Origin: Azolla caroliniana | Taxonomy: Eukaryota; Plantae; Polypodiophyta | Direction of reading: 5' to 3' | DNA length: 64,000 nt | NCBI GenBank assembly: GCA_043228905.1 | Contig: JBHGNT010000005.1 | Span: forward strand, 15,934,001 to 15,998,000 | In this document: positions 38,061 to 51,633 of the stretch, piece by piece | Layout: each line of letters starts with the position of its first letter | How positions within the stretch are numbered: position 1 is the first letter of the stretch | Made by a program: the position numbers and the translations under genes | The notes under the pieces: generated by a model | What the model saw: the letters and a program-made list of their open reading frames with translations, nothing else | What the model was told of the DNA's origin: nothing | Database searches by the model: none

Positions 38061-38339
38061 AGGTCATGTACAAGCCTCTTCTTGGATAGAGGACAAAAAC
38101 TCATCCATGTCAAACACACACAAAATCAAAATAGTCAGACATGAAACATAGAAAATACGAAAACATACCAGTTGGACATGTAGCATAGAGAATATGAAAA
38201 ATCAAACCCTAAATCGTAAATGCAGCACAGAGAAAAGCTGGAGGTCGTACCAGTTGCAGATGGAACGATGCGAGCCAAGGTCGAGGCAGAGGTACCACAC
38301 CGTGTTGATGTTTTCACCTTGGGAGCACACCAAGCCGAG

Positions 38340-38575
38340 GAAACCACCTACGAGCATACACAGAGTTTAGAGAATGTAGGGAAATAGCAAGAACAACGAG
38401 CATACAGGGGAAACAACAACCGTTGCGTATACAGAGTTCAAAGAACGTAGGGAAACAACAAGAACAACGAGCACAAAGGGGAAACAAGAATCTCTGCATA
38501 TACAAACTTCAGATATCATAGGGAAACAACAAGAACAACGAGCACAAAGGGAATACAGCAAGAACAACGCGGGGA
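38340..38575. repeat. Subterminal repeats GGGAAACAACAAGAACAACGAGCA (about 70-bp period)
   Basis: Unit recurs at about 38380, 38450 and 38520. Confidence 0.75.
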
Positions 38576-38677
38576 TATAGGGAATCAAAGGTGGAGTGAG
38601 AGAGAGAAAGAGAGAGATAGGTAATATGTGCAATTGATAGAAACTTTTTGTCACTGTCCAACCGACAACTATGAGAC

Positions 38678-38717
<40 letters not shown>

Positions 38718-39021
38718 AACAGACTGACCAAGTGACACGTTCGAGATCTTCTCTAGGTTTGCTTTCGTATAACTCTACCTAGGAGAATGAAGTTATAGTT
38801 AATGTATTAAATATAGCCTTGGGACACTTCGATTGTGACCTATAATATCCTTGTACATTCGTATTGAATTTGTTATTTGGATTCGAACCTCATTCAATGG
38901 ATGATGATCCACCATTTTCTGCAGTAATTGTTTTATTTTCAATTTTTTATGTTTATTATCTTCCCCGATTTAGTACTGAATTTTTGGCCAAAAGTTGGTA
39001 CACCGTAGCATGCTTCCACCC

Positions 39022-40050
39022 CAGGACATGAACCACATGTTGCATATTGCCAAAGAAAATGTCAAGACAACTTAAGATTGTGCTCGATTTTATGCGTATC
39101 AAGAGAAATGTCCTCATGCATTTACTATTGGTCAAAAGGTTTTTTTGCGTGTCCCTACTGACTCTACGTCATTGTCTACGGGCAAGTGCGCTAAATTAAC
39201 CCCACGATATTGTGGCCCATTTGAAATCCTTAAGAAATTTGGGTCATCTACTTATCACCTTGCCTTACCTCGTAATGTTGGTATTCATCCTGTTTTTCAC
39301 GTCAATCGTCTAAAACCATTTTTAGGCTCTGGTGATAACACCATCACAATCCAAGATCTTGTAACATTAGAGGATTTTTCTTACAAACTTCATGCTCCTA
39401 AATGAATTCTTGATTCTCGTACTAAACATTTATGTTCTAAAGAGATTTGGCTATTCAAGATCAAATGGATGGATAAACCTATTGATGATGCCACATGGGA
39501 ACACACGCATGCTCTTAAGGCACAATTTCCTCACTTTATATTGCAAGAGTGCAATCTTTTAAAGTAGGGGAGTATGTTATGTACGTATAACGTTGGTGAG
39601 GGTAGGTCACTAATATTTACATTAGTGAAGGGTATGTTCACTAATGTTAAAAAGGGGGCTAATGTGATTGGATAGAAGGAATGATAGGTGCATGCACTAT
39701 CATGATTTTGGCAACCAATGAATGGAGACCCTTTTAGAAAGGCACATCCATTCAAGTGGCCTAGGAAAAGGTATAAATATGAGGCTTAGCTACCATCATA
39801 AGCACATTACGTCGGAAGGTTGTTGTCTTAGACACTAGTGGTGTGGGGTAGGCTTTCATCTCGACAATCGTGTTTATCTCTTCCAAGGTATTAGTCATCC
39901 TAATATCCGGCGGAATGGGACGTCAGTGGTAGGTTGGCTATGTCTAGATCATAGCTCGGGGGGTGGTCGGCTTGAACGGGTTCTTCTATCCAATCTATTT
40001 TCCTTATTTTACTTTACTTTGTTCTATTGATTAGTAATAGACTCTTAACA
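39022..40050 (+). mobile_element. Gypsy F 3' end: integrase GPF/Y module, chromodomain, PPT, 3' LTR 39575-40050
   Basis: KLTPRYCGPFEIL..YHLALP..IHPVFHVNRLK; ILDSRTK...IKWMDKPIDDATWE; AAAGTAGGGGAG then TGTTA...TAACA. Confidence 0.88.
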
Positions 40051-42272
40051 ATGATCTCAATGGGAAGTGATCCTGTCTCAAGGAGAAGGGTGTAGGGCGT
40101 TTGTTTCTTAACTTGTAGAAACTTGGTAAGAAAATGTTTTAGGACATTTTCAAACTCTTTCCAAGTAAATTTAGCAATGCTACCGCCCCATACTTCCACC
40201 CCATAGAGAAGAACCGGTGTCACCAAAGTGTCAAAAAGATACTCCATGATTGCATGTGTTCTCAAATGTATAGTATGCTCGCTTACATACCTCTAAGCGA
40301 TGCGTAGCACATTCATTCCATCTATGATTTGAAGGAACTTAAACGCCAAGATATTTGAAGCTTTTCACACATTGAAGTGGCTCATTGTTGTACATAATGC
40401 ATGGTTTATCTGTTTTTTTTTGGCTCTTCACAAGCATAATCTTTGTTTTAGATCTATTGACACTTAATTTAGTATGCATGCAAATGTTTTACAATGCCTT
40501 CATAAGCTTTTGTGCATCTCCTAAAGTATATGCAAAAAGCACGACATTATCCGCATACAACAAAAGCATAATGACAACATTCCTAGTGGCAAGTTCTTCA
40601 ACACATTCTTCCTTTACAACCTTGGTAACCATTTCATCCAATTCATCAATGCATAGAACAAATGGTGTTGGTGAGAGTGGGCATCCTTTCTTAACACCAA
40701 TAGTACTATTGAAAAAATCTGAAAGTCTATCTCTCATACGCACACAACATATAACCTTTTCATATATTCAGGAAATTGCAAGCATATATTCACTTAGTAC
40801 CTCAAGTTCTTCCATTTACCTCCAAAGATGCTCATGAGGTACCATATCAAAAGCTTTCTTGAAGTCTACAAAGCAACAATATAAACCTTTACCTCTACGA
40901 CGACTTTCCTCCATTAATACTCGAAGGGTGACAAGGTGATCAATGGTGCTATGGTGTTTTCGAAAGCCAGCTTGTCCATAAGCTCTCTTACCTTTTTTTC
41001 AGCCCATACACTTATCTTTGATTCCATTATACATTCAAATAGTTTTGCCATTAACAAGCCAACCATGATGGTTCGATAGTTATTTACATTATTTATATCT
41101 CCACCTTTAGGTAAAGGTTTGATCCAATTTATAATCCAATCATACGGCATACCATGTTGTAATACATCATTAAACGTATCGCTTATCCATACATGTGCTT
41201 CCTTTCCCATCCATTTGAGCATTTTAGCCTTTATACATTGAAGATCGTTTGCCTTTCGAGAGGCCAATTTCTTAAGTCCTAAGCATATCTTCAAATGTAA
41301 AGAAGGGAGACATATGTTACCATAACACATCATCTTTCTGACAAGAGATAACTCATATAAATTCTTACAATGCATAAACAAGTCGTGAAGAGCTAAATCA
41401 CCATAACTCTCAACACGTTTCCCCATTAAATTTCCCCAAAATTTAACACATGCATGTGCTTTCTCTTGCGTTTGGAGAAATTATTGAGTAACTTCCCATA
41501 TTCTTCTCTTTCTTTGAATAAACCTTTAATACTCATGCAAATGCTTTTGGTAATTTTCTTTATCCTTAACTACAACCAAAACCATAAGACACTTTCGAGC
41601 TTCACGACATTCTTTATCAAACCATTTTTTCTTTTCTTGGTGCATTTCCAAGATGTGTGGTTGGTTGAAAAACATTTTTTTTTACATGAGAGAATGGCTT
41701 TCTTAAAAGCTTCCCATTGGCATTCTAGTGTGGCACCATGTTGTATCTTTGTCATTTGTAGCATATCCTCAACCATCTTGGAATACATGGGCATTCACTT
41801 AAGGTTCATGCTCAAGTGCGGTTGTTTATTATCTTCAATGGTCTTCTCAAAATCAAACCTATGCATAGATTTGAGATCAATACATAAAGCCCTATGATTG
41901 GATTCTGGTGTCCATTCACCAAGTGAGAATTTATGTATACGATCCAAAATACCTTCGAAAAGTAGCACATAGTCAATCACACTATTTCCGTTGTGTTTTC
42001 TACATATAAAACCATTAGTGTTGGGCCATAAAGAAACACCATTTGCAATAAGCAATTAAGTACTATTACACATTTGTAGGAGTAGCTTCCCAAATTGGTC
42101 TGGATATTTTTCATCGCTAGAAGAGCGGCTATACATTTGGATATCCTCTTGCACCCTTGAGATACGTGGCATGAAAGATTCTTGTACATCAAGTTGGAAA
42201 CTTCTTGTACGAGCATTCAGGTCACCAAAGACAATAACTTCCCCTTTGGATTTGAAAGAAGCAATATCATCT
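40051..42272 (-). mobile_element. Non-LTR retrotransposon (LINE) ORF2 remnant: APE endonuclease end and RT
   Basis: GDLNART, NSVIDYVL, ESNHRAL, NNYRTIMV, CFVDFRKAFD, GVKKGCPLSP, LLYADN, FKYLG. Confidence 0.9.
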
Positions 42273-42583
42273 TGTTGAGAATCAAGGTCAACCTAGACTA
42301 GAGTGTGAACACACCTTTGAGAATCTATGAGCACTCAAAGATCAAACGTTACCACTACTCTCTACACATTAACTTTGTGTCATAGAATCATATTCTATGA
42401 CACATAGCTAATGAGTTTCCACATTCCCCATGATTGATGAGCTTCAGTAGTTAATGAAGAGAGAGGGTGACTATATAAAGCACCCTTCTCCTACTTTGTA
42501 ATGTGTCGGTTAATCTCCTTTGTAATATACAATTTTCTTGAGTATTCTATTTTCATCTATCTTGTGTTTCTCTCCTCTCCTCT

Positions 42584-42679
<96 letters not shown>

Positions 42680-42680
42680 A
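42273..42680 (+). repeat. Truncated copia B LTR with expanded (CT)n(CA)n tract at about 42587-42677
   Basis: TGTTGAGAATCAAG start and shared GTGTCATAGAATCATATTCTATGACAC palindrome; normal 3' end absent. Confidence 0.88.
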
Positions 42681-42699
42681 CACTAATCTTTAACCTATG

Positions 42700-45600
42700 G
42701 CAGAGCACATGAATCCCTTCCACGGGTTAATACACCAAACCACCTCATTGGAAGTACCTCTCGCGGATGAGGTACTTGCACTACTCCTGCTCAGTTCCGT
42801 CCCGGATAGTTGGGAGACGTTAGTTGTCACATTGGACAACGCCAGGCGGGAAGGAAACAATTGTCCCTAGCAAGAGCAAAGTTGAGCTTGCTAGATGAAG
42901 AAGCGCGTCGGAAAGACAAGGAAGTGATTTCTAACTCCAAAGCACTGATTACCGAATCAGAAGCACGAGGAAAACAGCGGAACCGGAGTCCCCAGAACCG
43001 GGAATAGTCGGGGACGAGGTCAAATTCAAGGGGGGGGGGTACTTGCTTCTATTGTGGGAAGCCAAGGAACTTCCAGAAAAACTGTTGGCATTTCCGGAAA
43101 GAGAAAGGAACCGACAGTGCCAATTTGAAGAAGGGTCTGGACCGGAAAGTCCTGGACCGGAAGGGAACATTAGCGATTGTGACAAGAAAAGAGGAACTGA
43201 TGCTCATCAACGAGGAGAGAGAGTTAAACCTTGTCAATGATGAGACAATGTGGGTTGTCAATTCCAGAGCGTCGTTCGACTTGACACCGGACCGGAAATG
43301 CTACTCATCCTACACAATTGGAGATCACGGTTGTGTTCGGATGGGGAATGGAGGCACCTACCGAATCGTCAGCATAGGAAATGTGTGGTTGACGACATCA
43401 ACCGGGTGCAAGCTACTGTTGAAGGATGTCGGACACGTTCCGAAGGTTCGGTTGAACCTGATATCAGCCGGTCGGCTAGATGATGAAGGGTACATGGGTA
43501 GCATCCGGAGCGGAGTTATGAAATTCAACAAAGGAAGCCTGATTGTGGCTCGGGCCTGGAAGATCAACACATTGAACTTGATGAATGGACGGATATGCCG
43601 GGAAGATATGAATGTAGGATGCGACAGTGCCGGCGAGTTGTGGCACAAGAGACCGTGTCACATGAGCCAGAAGGGGATAAGAAGACTTGCCAAAGATAAC
43701 CTCATTCCGGAGGTGAAAGATGTGCATCTTGAGAAGTTCACCGACTGCTTGGCGGGCAAGCAAAATCGAACCTCCTTCCGGTCAAGACCACTGATGAGAC
43801 GGAATGCACCACTAGAGCTAGTGCATACCGATGAGTGTCAAGTGGACATGAAGTCACATGTCAGATCGCAGTACTTCGTGACGTTCATAGATGACCACAC
43901 CCGGAATCTGTGGGTCTCACCGTTGAAGACGAAGGATTAGGTTTTGTCTGTCGTCAAGGAACTCCAAGCGAGAGTGGAAAGAGAAACCGACCGGAAGTTG
44001 AAAACGGTTCGAGCAGATAATGGAGGAGAGTACCGGGAGCAATTCGAGCAGCACTGTCGATTGAAGGGAATCCGACTCGAATTCACCATGCCGAAGACGC
44101 CAGAACTAAACAGGTTGGCCGAACGGATGAACCAAACCATGATGGAGAGAGTCCGGAGCATGCTGGCACATGCAAAGCTACCCAGGACGTTTTGGGTAGA
44201 GGCGTTGATGACGGCGACGTATATGATAAACAGATCGCCCTCAACACCCTTGGAAGGAGACTCACTGCATAAAGTATGGACCGGTAAAGATGTATCTTAC
44301 CGGCATCTAAAGGTGTTTGGCTATCTTGCATATGTGTATGTCGCAAAGGACAAGAGAGCAAAGTTAGATCCGAAGACCCAGCCATGCATATTCCTTGGAT
44401 ACGACGATGATGAGTTCAGTTACCGGGTGTGGAATCTGGTCGAGAAGAAGGTCTTTTAGAGTCGGGACATAGTCTTCATGGAAGACATGACCATTGCCGA
44501 TTGGGAGTCAGAGAAGAAGGTGATGAACCCCAGATTATCCAATGAAAACCGGCTTGAGGGCATAAGGACTTACCCGGTTGAAAACTGGATGTTAGCCGAT
44601 AACTGGATGAAACTCGACGAACCGGACGGATTCGAACAAGAAACCGAACCGACCGAAGAAGAAGAAGAAGAAGACACTAGAACCTGACAATATCCTAAAT
44701 CAGATTCGGATGAAGAACAAACGGAGGAACCGATAGTCAGAAACCAAGGACGAAGGTACCCTCTCAGAGAGAGAAGAGCCCCCCGGAGATTTCCGGATGC
44801 AGAGCACGTATTGCTAACCGATGAGGGGGGGCCAGAAAGCTTCGAAGAAGCAAAGAAAGACACCCACAACTGCAAGTGGTTGAGTGCCATCCAAGACGAG
44901 ATGGATTCCCTACATGAGAACGACAAATATGAATTGACGGAGCTACCGAAAGGAAAGAGAGCACTCCGAAATAAGTGGGTGTACAAGCTGAAACCGGGAG
45001 ACGCCGGAAATCCACCGAGATACAAGGCCCGTATCGTGGTGAAGGGTTTTCAACAGAAGAAAAGTGTGGATTTCGATGAGATCTTTGCCCTGGTAGTAAA
45101 GATGACATCCATCCGGGCGGTATTGAGCATAACGGCAAGCATGAACCTTGAGGTAGAGAAACTGCACTTCGAGATGGCATTCTTACATGGGGACCTCGAA
45201 GAAGAGATCTACATGCATCAACCGGAAGGATTTGAGAAGAAAGGGAAGGAGCACCTGGTGTGCTGGTTGAAGAAGAGGTTATACGGATTAAAGCAAGCAC
45301 CCTGAAAATGGTACCGGAACTTCAACTCCTTCATGATCGATCAAGGGTACCACAAGACGCAAGCAGACCACTGCGTGTTTGTGAAGAAATTTGACAAAGG
45401 AGAGTTTCTGATAGTGCTCCTGTACGTGGACGACATGTTGATCATCAAACGAGACCATGTCAAGATACGAATGTTGAAGAAGGCCCTAAACCGGACCTTC
45501 TCAATGAAAGACATAGGTTCATCAACCCAAATCTTAGGGATGCACATCATCCGGAACCGGAAGAAGCATCTATTGTGGTTGTCACAAGAAAAGTACGTGG

Positions 45601-47027
45601 CAAAGGTGCTTCAGCAGTTCAACATGTCGGATGCAAAACCAGTCGGATCGACACTCCTGGTAAACTGCAAGCTATCCGGAAAGCAAAGCCCAAAGACAAA
45701 GGCAGAGAAGAGAGACATGATGAAGATACATATGCATCTGTTGTCAGAAGTCTAATGTATGCAATGGTCTGCACCTATCTGGATATTACATATGTTGTCG
45801 GAGTAGTCATCCGGTTCATGAGCAATTCAGGAAGAGAGCACTTGAACACGGTCAAGTGGATACTTCTGTATTTGAAAGGCACCTCGAGTATGTGCCTCCG
45901 GTATGGCTCCAGTAAACTCCAACTTGATGGATTGATGGATTCAGATATGTCAGCAGATGCAAATACCAGTCGGTCTACATCTGGATATGTCATGACTTAT
46001 GTAGGGGGAGCTGTATCATGGCAGTCGAGGCTGTAGAAGTCCGTTGCACTATCAACAACGGAAGTGGAGTATATGGCAACTAAAGAAGTCCATTGCACTA
46101 TTAACAATGGATGGGGAGTATATGGCAAGGAAATAATATGGATGAAGGACTTCATCGGAGATCTAGGGATCCGGCCGGAGGAATTCCGGTCGTACTACAA
46201 CAGTCAAAGTTCCATCCACCTTGCAAAGAATGCAGGCCTACCATTCCTGGACAAAGCACATCCAGCAGAGGTACTACTGGATCCGGGAGAGAGTAGAAGA
46301 TCAAGACTTCGTGCTGACGAAGATCCACACGAAAGAGAACGGATCAGATATGCTGACCAAGGTGCTGTCAGTTGACAAACTGGACACGTGTCGGAAACGG
46401 GCCGGATTAACGAGAAATCCCATGCTGGAGTGAAGGGGAAGTTTGTCGGGAATTCAGTCCCTCCAGATGGGATCTGGAGGAGCCGGATCAGACAAGGTGG
46501 ATGAAGGAACCGAATTCGGAAGGGTTTCGAATGAGACTCGGAAACCGGATCAAGTGAATCTAGATGGATCCGGTGCAAACCGGATCCAAGACCATATGTG
46601 TAAATATGTTTCATAGTGAGCCCATCGAGGTTATATTTGTAGATAGCCCTAAAGTCATATAAGTATAAATATGACTTAGGGCAATCACTTTATGTGTGAG
46701 AGAGGAGAGTATTATTATTGTTGTACAGAGATAAAGAGAGACACAAAACGAGGTTTCTGTTCTAACCGCCGTCTGGCGAAGATCGTGAGCACGAGGTCGT
46801 TACCTCTGTGTTTCCACTTTGAATTTCCTCTCATGTAGTGATAGTTCGGAGTCCGTGGGCTCCCATGGTTTTGTCGATTAGGGTTTCCACCTAAACATCA
46901 TGTGTTCTCTATCGTTGTTTGTGTGTGTACGTGTGTTCATTCCCTACTTCCCATTCCTATGTTTGATTCTCATCAAAGTGATTCCAGACTCGGTTGTGGC
47001 CGAGCAATATTCCACGCTATTCCTACA
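42700..47027 (+). mobile_element. Ty1/copia copy A2 (decayed, 5'-truncated), 3' LTR 46444-47027
   Basis: gag LLLLSSVPDSWETLV, LWHKR..HMS, FIDDHTR, RADNGGEY; RT and RH homologous to A1; PPT GAGTGAAGGGGAAG. Confidence 0.93.
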
Positions 47028-50000
47028 AGAAGTACGTCATTTCCATCAACCATCGATCCAGGAAATTCTTGTCTTCTTTCATCCCAGTTGTTGCAATCCA
47101 CAAATTCTCGGCGTCCGGAAAATTGTGATGTTTGGGTAATGCGCCATTGCCATTATCGATCCTACTTAAATAATCCACGACGACGTGTTGTGTTCCTGGT
47201 CGATGTTGGATGTCAAATTCAAACTCCTACAAGAGCAGCATCCATCTGTCTAGTTTTCCAGTTAAGGACTCTTTCGTGACCAGATATAGTAATGTGGTGT
47301 GGTTCACATGAAACGTGAATTTTCGACCTAATAAATAATGTCGGAATTTATTTATGTTGTAGATCCTTCCTAGAGCTTCGCGCTCCGTCATCGAATAGTT
47401 ATGCTTTGCATTTGATAGTTTGCGGCTCGAATAGTACACCGACCGGTACCAGCTGGGCTTAGTGAGTTGCATAAGTGTGTTGCCTATTGCTATGTCGGAG
47501 GCATCTACAAATACATGGAATGGTTTTGACCAGTCCGAAGCCTGTACCACGGGAGCTTGTGTCAGCATTACTTTTAGTGCGTCGTATGCCTTATCCTCCG
47601 TTCCCGTCCATGTATATGGTGTACAGTGGACCATGGTGTGTAAGGGCATTGCAAAATCCGCCAAAAAGGGAAGCATACGGCTGTGCCAATGGCTTTGCCC
47701 CAAGAAACGACTAAGGGCCTTTGCATTACTGGGGGTTTTTGTTTCGATAATGGCCTTCATTTTGCTAGGATCCACTGCAATACCATCCTTGCTCACGATA
47801 TGCCCAAGAAGGGTTCTGCTTGTGACACCAAATGCGCACGTAGTTGGGTTAAGGCTGAGGTGCAAAGTACGACAGCCTTCCAAACATAGCCTTAGATGAC
47901 CCAAGTGATCCCCTCGTGTCCCATACACCACAAAGTCGTTGAGAAAGACTTGCATGAATGCAAGGATAAAGTCGTCAAAGATCTCCGCAATGGTGCCTTG
48001 GAATGTAGCGGGGGTTGTCTTTAGTCCGAACATAATGAGCACAGCTACAAAAACTCCCCATTCTGTTACAAAAGAGGTCTTCTCTTGGTCCTCCAGGTGC
48101 ATGCGTACCTGGTTATACTCCCTAAATCCATCAAAAAAACTATACATGTCGTGGCTTGCAACTTCGTCTAGTACACTATCCGTAAATGGCACGGGAAATG
48201 CGTCAGTGATGGTGACTACGTTCAATTTACGATAATCGACGCATACCCGTATTTTACCGTTTTTCTTTGGTACGAGCACGATTGGGCTAAGCCATGTTGC
48301 TTGTTTAACTGATCTAATGAGCCCAACTTTTAAGAGCTTGTCAATTTCCTCTTTTACGCGTGGCACGTAGTTTGGGTTCATGCGATAACATCTTTGCTGA
48401 ATGGGTTTAGAATCCGCAGCCAAGTTAATTTTGTGTTGATAGAATTTGGGGTCTAGCCCTTTCATGTCTTCATGCGACCATGCGAAGACATCTTTAAATT
48501 CCAGTAGCAGCTTGGTCATGGCCATTTTTTCACTTGGCATCCGGTCCTTTGCGATCAATAGTAGCCTCGGAGCTTCAACGGACCCTACATTAATATCCCC
48601 CAAAACTGACGTTGTGACCCTTTGCGAGATTTCCATCTTGTGCTCGAATTCCTCACGTGCTCTAGATTGAGGATCTGGATTGTACTCGTCCTCTTTCAGT
48701 GCACTCGTAGGGCCGTACTTACTAGTGGTCTCGAGGAGGTCTATTTTGAACAACAGTATTATCCGTGGATTTGCGGCAAGGTACGCTTTGAGCTCCATAT
48801 CCTCCAACCCTTCCAACATGTTGATTTCTTTTGCGTAAAGTGGCATTATGGCTTTCGTAGGTGTGGATGTCTCCTGCGTAGGTACGCGGACCTTGCCTTG
48901 CCCTCGTCAGAAACTTATGCAGTTGTGCTGCCAATTTTGCTTGATACTACCAAACTGTAGCCATGGTCTGCCCAACAAGATCAGATACGCCCCTGGGGCA
49001 TCCAAAGACAACACAACTGCGGAAATCTCAAAGTTATGCCCACCAACTACAACCCCTAGTTTTCGAATCAACCCTTGTGGTTTGACAGAACCAGTGTCTA
49101 CCATCTGGAGCCAGAATGGGCATGCCTCCCAATCGGTAATGCTGAGGTGGTTACATGTCGCTTTACTAATCACATTTACCCCGGATCCACCGTGGACGAT
49201 GCATCCCGTGATTTCCTGCCCTTGCAATACCACCCTAATCGCTGGGTTGTGGTGATCCACCACTGTTGGGCATGAGCTCGACTCAGTGTAATTAGCTGAA
49301 ATCTCCAGTCCGATGGTGCCTCGTATGTGATTTTCCACGGTCTATCAGAATCATAGAACAAGTCGTAATAACTTGTCCATGGTCAACGAAATTTTGTAGT
49401 CTGCTAGTGCTTGCCATATCGGATCTGGCGTTAATGTCGTGCTTTAATTTGCGCGGTGGTGGTTGCGGAGTCTTGTTGCATTCGTTCCGCATTAGCTTCG
49501 TTGGCTTTCTCCACTCAGGCTTGTGCCACTTTGCGTACTATGTCATCTTGTTTTGTCCACTCCGTGTTTTTTGCCTAACTGCGGGTTGTGACCTACTGGA
49601 CGTACGTCGTGATCGTATTCACAGCTGACCCTTTCCTGTCCTGGGCATTGCTTTGCATATTGGCCTAGCTATTGACCCACAAAACAGTGCACGCAGGACT
49701 CTCCTTTGTCCAAGACCGGAGCTGTGGTCTCTACCAATGTTGTCTGTTATTCTGGGGTTCCCTGAAATTGTTTGTTGTTGCGGGGCTTCTGGCGATACTC
49801 CCGATGATTCTCTTGGCGTTGTTCATCCTCAGAGCTTTCCTCATTATGACGTTGGTTCTGTGATTGGCGAGTATAGTTGTAGGCATGGGGCCCTGCCTGT
49901 TCACCGCGATTATTGGTAGGGTGTTGGTTATCATAGCATCACCCTCCCCAATTATAACGTTCGTTGCTCTGATCCTCCTCTTCTTCCTGCTCCTCTTTGT

Positions 50001-51633
50001 CGGAATAAGGGTCATTATTGCGACGGCGACGATACGGCCTTTTTGTACGCTGAGTCCACTCCGTGTGCCAATATCGCTCTTCCTGTTGGCCTTGGTCATT
50101 GTCGGGGGACTGCCTCTGTGGTTCTATATGGCGAACTACCGGTGTGGGCCTGTTCAACATGTTATACTCGCACTGGTTCACCGTATGCGCTCGCAAATGA
50201 CAGATGGCGTAGTGTATCCGCATGTTACACTCTATGGCAGAGTGCCCTGAGTTCAAACAAATCGTGCATTGAATGGCTTGGTGAAAATGACAGTCTTTGT
50301 CCCTGGGTAATGTGTGTCTTTGCGGCATAGACATTCCATCGTCCTCCTCTTCTAGCTCAAGTTGCAATGCCCGTTCTATGACTGTATTTGTCGTCTAGCC
50401 CGTTAGATTTTGCGTATTTAACATTGTTCAGAGGGGTCGACGTAATGCTGCCAAAAATGTTTCTTTGGCGTCATCCTCCGTCGAACCACGTGTTAGCTAT
50501 CGACGTAAACTTTGGAACCGCAAGTTGAAGTCAACCACATACTCTTGCGGCATCTGTTTGATTGTACAAAACTAACCGATGATCTCACATTGGGGAATAC
50601 TTTGCTGACAGAATCATAAGAAAGAGGATTGGAGTTAGTCAAAGACTACGAATGCCGAGATGTTGAGTTGGGAATGTTAGGGCGCAACTCGCCAATCGAG
50701 GGGTAGTCCAAACTCGGCGATTTTTTATGAATGTGCTTCCATTTTTGGAAGCCGCTGCGACATATGATTCGCGTTCCACACGTTGAGGAATGACTGAACT
50801 TGTCCCTCGACGTCAGTATCTCTGCTGAAATGAGGATATGAGAAAGACATTCTTGTTGATAGACTAGCGTCTAAGGGGGCACTGCCAGCTCAATGTGGGG
50901 TTGTTTGAGTAGTGGTACTTTCACTATATTGGTCTTGTAGAGATGAACCCTCTTGCCTAGTGACGCTATGTGCGGTAAACGTCGATTTGAGCGTATACTT
51001 TGATAGAGAAGGAATGTCGTCGCCAAGGCGTGGTCTTCGCGTTACTCGTTCTTCTATCTTCCAGGTGAAGGACCTGGTTTATGGTCGATCTTGTCGAGTC
51101 GGTTCTCAGTTGCGTCGGCAGCTAGACATCCATTCCCTTCTGCTCGGCTGTGCGGATTCACAAATCACCGGGCGTGCCAAAAGTGTTACCAATTAGCAAC
51201 ACGGTCTACCCTCGGTCCTTTGGGGTAGGCTCAAGGTGATCGTGGTACAGAGAATGGATTCTTGTACTATGCAGAGCTATAATGTATCATAAGGATAGTG
51301 TGTCACTTACTGTCCATGAAGGCAGATCGTGATTGGAGACGGCTACAACCGAGCTCCTTCCCATCGTGCATATACGAACACAAACAACCTTCAGACAATT
51401 ACACTACGTATCGACACAGAGACAAAGATCAGAGAAGATAGTAACTATATTAGAGAACGTATGCTCAAAACTGCGCTAGCTTGTACAATGTTCCTATGCC
51501 CTTTATATACACAGGGCATAGTCGATTACGCTTCCTACGTTACAAGCATTCTTTTAACGCTCCTACTATATTAATATGCTTCTTGTTCTTTTCTTTTTCA
51601 CTTTTCCCACTAGTCCGCTTTTGGCGGACAACA
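47028..51633 (-). mobile_element. Ty3/gypsy element G (Athila/Tat-like RT); 5' LTR about 51184-51633; tRNA-Arg-type PBS 51166-51179
   Basis: 539-aa ORF 47227-48846 with WLSPIVLVPKKNGKIRVCVDYRKLN, FHVFVDASD, YSMTEREAL; protease VHGGSGVN; zinc knuckles; PBS TGGCACGCCCGGTG. Confidence 0.9.

Larger units (their letters stand above)
6073..39021 (+). mobile_element. Sola2-like cut-and-paste DNA transposon (about 9.5 kb native sequence plus nested LTR elements)
   Basis: Imperfect 24-bp TIRs GGGTTGCAACACGCTATGGTGTAC / GGGTGGAAGCATGCTACGGTGTAC (19/24); 4-bp TSD CAAG (6069-6072) / CAGG (39022-39025), whose removal restores the gypsy integrase frame; transposase motifs inside. Confidence 0.8.
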
